Source of the DNA: Planctomycetota bacterium
GTDB taxonomy: Bacteria > Planctomycetota > UBA1135 > UBA2386
Assembly: GCA_965228735.1 (NCBI GenBank)
Contig: OZ245838.1
Location: 5,376,001 to 5,440,000, forward strand
Reading direction: 5' to 3'
DNA: 64,000 nt
A program made the translations under genes and the position numbers. The notes under the pieces are model-generated. The model was not told where the DNA came from. It worked only from the letters and a program-made list of their open reading frames with translations, and did no database searches. Positions 62,185 through 64,000 of this stretch are shown in pieces. How positions within the stretch are numbered: the stretch's first letter is position 1; each line of letters begins with the position of its first letter.

Positions 62185-62819
62185 CCACCGTCGCGAGCCG
62201 CGATCTTCCCGGGGTGCTGGGGCACGAGCTCCGCAACCCGCTCGCGTCGGCGGTGACGACGCTGGCCCTGCTCGGTGAGCTCGTCGATGCCGGCGACCCG
62301 CGCCGCGCCATGGTCGACCGGGCGCTCGTCGACCTCGATCGCATGACGAACCTGATCGACGGCTGGCTCGAGCTCTCGCGTTCTGGCCGGGCGTCGACTG
62401 CGCCCGTCGCGGTCGACGAACTGCTGCTATCGGTTGCCGACCGACACGGTGCGGAGATCGTCTCCACCCGGGTCGGAGTGACGATCGACGGCAATCGTGA
62501 GCTGCTCGCGCGGGCGCTCGACAACCTGCTCGAGAACGCGCGGCGCGCCGGGGCCCGCAAGCTGCGGCTCGCGGCTCAGACGTTGCGCAACGAGGTCTCG
62601 ATCTACGTCGAGGACGACGGCTCGGGGATCGACAGCGCGGATATCCCGCATTTGTTCGAGGCCGGATGGTCGCGCAGTGGCGGCAACGGCCTCGGCCTGC
62701 ATGCCGTCGCCGCGACGATCGAAGGGCACGGCGGGCGCATCGAGTGCACGCGATTGCGGCACGGCACGCGCTTCACGCTGCGGCTGCCGGCGAACTGCCA
62801 CGAAGCATCGATGGCATGA
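62181..62819 (+). CDS. Minimal sensor-less histidine kinase (HisKA + HATPase only)
   Basis: HELRNPL at about residue 15, NLLENA, EDDGSGI, GNGLGL; GTGA and ATGA overlaps with both neighbours. Confidence 0.88.
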
Positions 62820-63775
62820 AGCTGCTGCTGGTCGACGACGAGCCCGGCATTCGCGAGGGGCTCGCGGCCTTGCTGCGGCGCAAGGGCCACGTCGTCGAGG
62901 TCGCCGCCGATTGTGCGGCGGCCCGGGCGGCGCTCGCGACGTTCGGGACGGAGCTCGACCTCGTGCTCACGGACTGGCGCCTGCCCGATGGTGTCGCTGC
63001 CGACTTCCTCGCGGCGGCGCCGTGCCCCGCGATCGCGATGAGCGGTCATCCCGAAGAAGCTGTGGGGCGGCCCGGTGTGCGCGAAGTGCTCACCAAACCC
63101 GTCGCGCCGGCGCGGTTGCTCGTGACGTTGACCGAGGCGCTTGCCGCGCCGGGAGACGACGAATCCGGAGACCAGGTGCGCGAGCCTTGCCGAGTACTCC
63201 CGCAGGACGTCGCGGATCTCGTGCAACGGGCCGGCCGCACCATCGCGCGCCGGGATCCGGGCGCGATCGCCCGCGCGGAGTTGCTGGACGACGGCACGTT
63301 CGTGACGTTGCGGGCGCCCGTGCCGGACGAAGCCGTGCTGGTCGAGCTCGGTGAACTCGGCGGCGACCAACGGGTGTTGGCGCCTGCGGGCGCGCCGCTC
63401 GTGGAGCTGCGTTGGTGTCGGAACGGACGACCCGAGCTGACGACGACCGTGGTCGCGCCCGCGGCGGACTGGCCTCGGGAGGGTGACCTTGCGGTCGACT
63501 TCGGCGCGGTCGCCGAGGTGACCGGTGACCTCCTGGCGCGCGCGGTCTCTCCGAACCGGAGGGCCGGGGAAGAGCCTTGCTGCAGCCACGCCGAGTTCGG
63601 CCGCTGCCTCGATCGGGCCGCCGACCGGCGGGCCCGCGGGCAGGGTGTGCACTTTCTCAACGTTCCCCGATCGCTGCTTTCCTGGACATCCGATCAGGGA
63701 CGCGAGGCCGAACTGCCGATGAGAGCGGCGGTCGGTCCCCGTATTCCGGCGGTCCTGGCTGACCTTTGGAGTTGA
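62816..63775 (+). CDS. Response regulator receiver fused to an uncharacterised C-terminal region (STAS-like tail)
   Basis: LLVDDE, LTDWRLPDG, MSG, KP; C-terminal LAVDFGAV...VHFLNVP. Confidence 0.75.
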   Translation: MKLLLVDDEPGIREGLAALLRRKGHVVEVAADCAAARAALATFGTELDLVLTDWRLPDGVAADFLAAAPCPAIAMSGHPEEAVGRPGVREVLTKPVAPARLLVTLTEALAAPGDDESGDQVREPCRVLPQDVADLVQRAGRTIARRDPGAIARAELLDDGTFVTLRAPVPDEAVLVELGELGGDQRVLAPAGAPLVELRWCRNGRPELTTTVVAPAADWPREGDLAVDFGAVAEVTGDLLARAVSPNRRAGEEPCCSHAEFGRCLDRAADRRARGQGVHFLNVPRSLLSWTSDQGREAELPMRAAVGPRIPAVLADLWS

Positions 63776-63777
63776 AC

Positions 63778-64000
63778 GTGAGCGACAAGGACAACGAAGC
63801 CAAGAGCAACCCCGACGAGACGCCGACCGGCAACGAGCCGCAGCCCGCGAGCGAGGGGGGTGGCTCGGGTGACTCGACATCCGTTGGCACGGCTGCCGAC
63901 GGTGCTGCCGTCTCGGGGGAGGCGAGTTCGGAGGGTGGAGCGTCGGAGAACGGGGCCTCGGAGAACGGACTCTCGGAGAACGGGGGATCGGAAGACGGGG
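63778..64000 (+). CDS. 5' part of a CDS with an acidic low-complexity N-terminus (SENG repeats); runs off the window
   Basis: GGAG RBS, GTG at 63778, open to the end; 15-bp TCGGAGAACGG units. Confidence 0.5.
   Translation, partial: MSDKDNEAKSNPDETPTGNEPQPASEGGGSGDSTSVGTAADGAAVSGEASSEGGASENGASENGLSENGGSEDG

Overview
High-GC, densely coding bacterial chromosome window. Gene content (two sulfatases, a DUF1080 protein, a BNR/VPS10 hydrolase, a carboxypeptidase-regulatory-like protein, a FliA/WhiG sigma factor) suggests a Planctomycetota-like organism, but this is inference. The left half holds mixed metabolic and secreted genes: lpxD, sulfatases, an AttEFGH-like ABC/lipocalin module, a glycosylasparaginase, monomeric icd, an ECF/anti-sigma locus with a 12-Cys micropeptide, and a crotonase/HBD pair. 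The right half is motility-linked: fliA-HDOD-CheC-like genes behind a c-di-GMP-I riboswitch; apt, ispH, nadE and a BirA-like ligase; a GT2-TPR glycosyltransferase; fliT-like/fliS/fliD; three 275-aa flagellins; and a sigma54 activator / sensor-less kinase / receiver trio. The strongest unexplained signal is a ~20-bp motif (GTGC-N9-GCACCAGCT) found 11 times, always intergenic. It forms the inverted ends of an IS1-like zinc-ribbon/HTH/DD(Q) transposase gene and also occurs as a 55-bp MITE, as tandem arrays, as a spaced pair and as a solo copy. This resembles REP/REPIN repeats but is tied to a DDE-fold enzyme rather than a HUH RAYT. Start codons were chosen by eye and no database searches were run.
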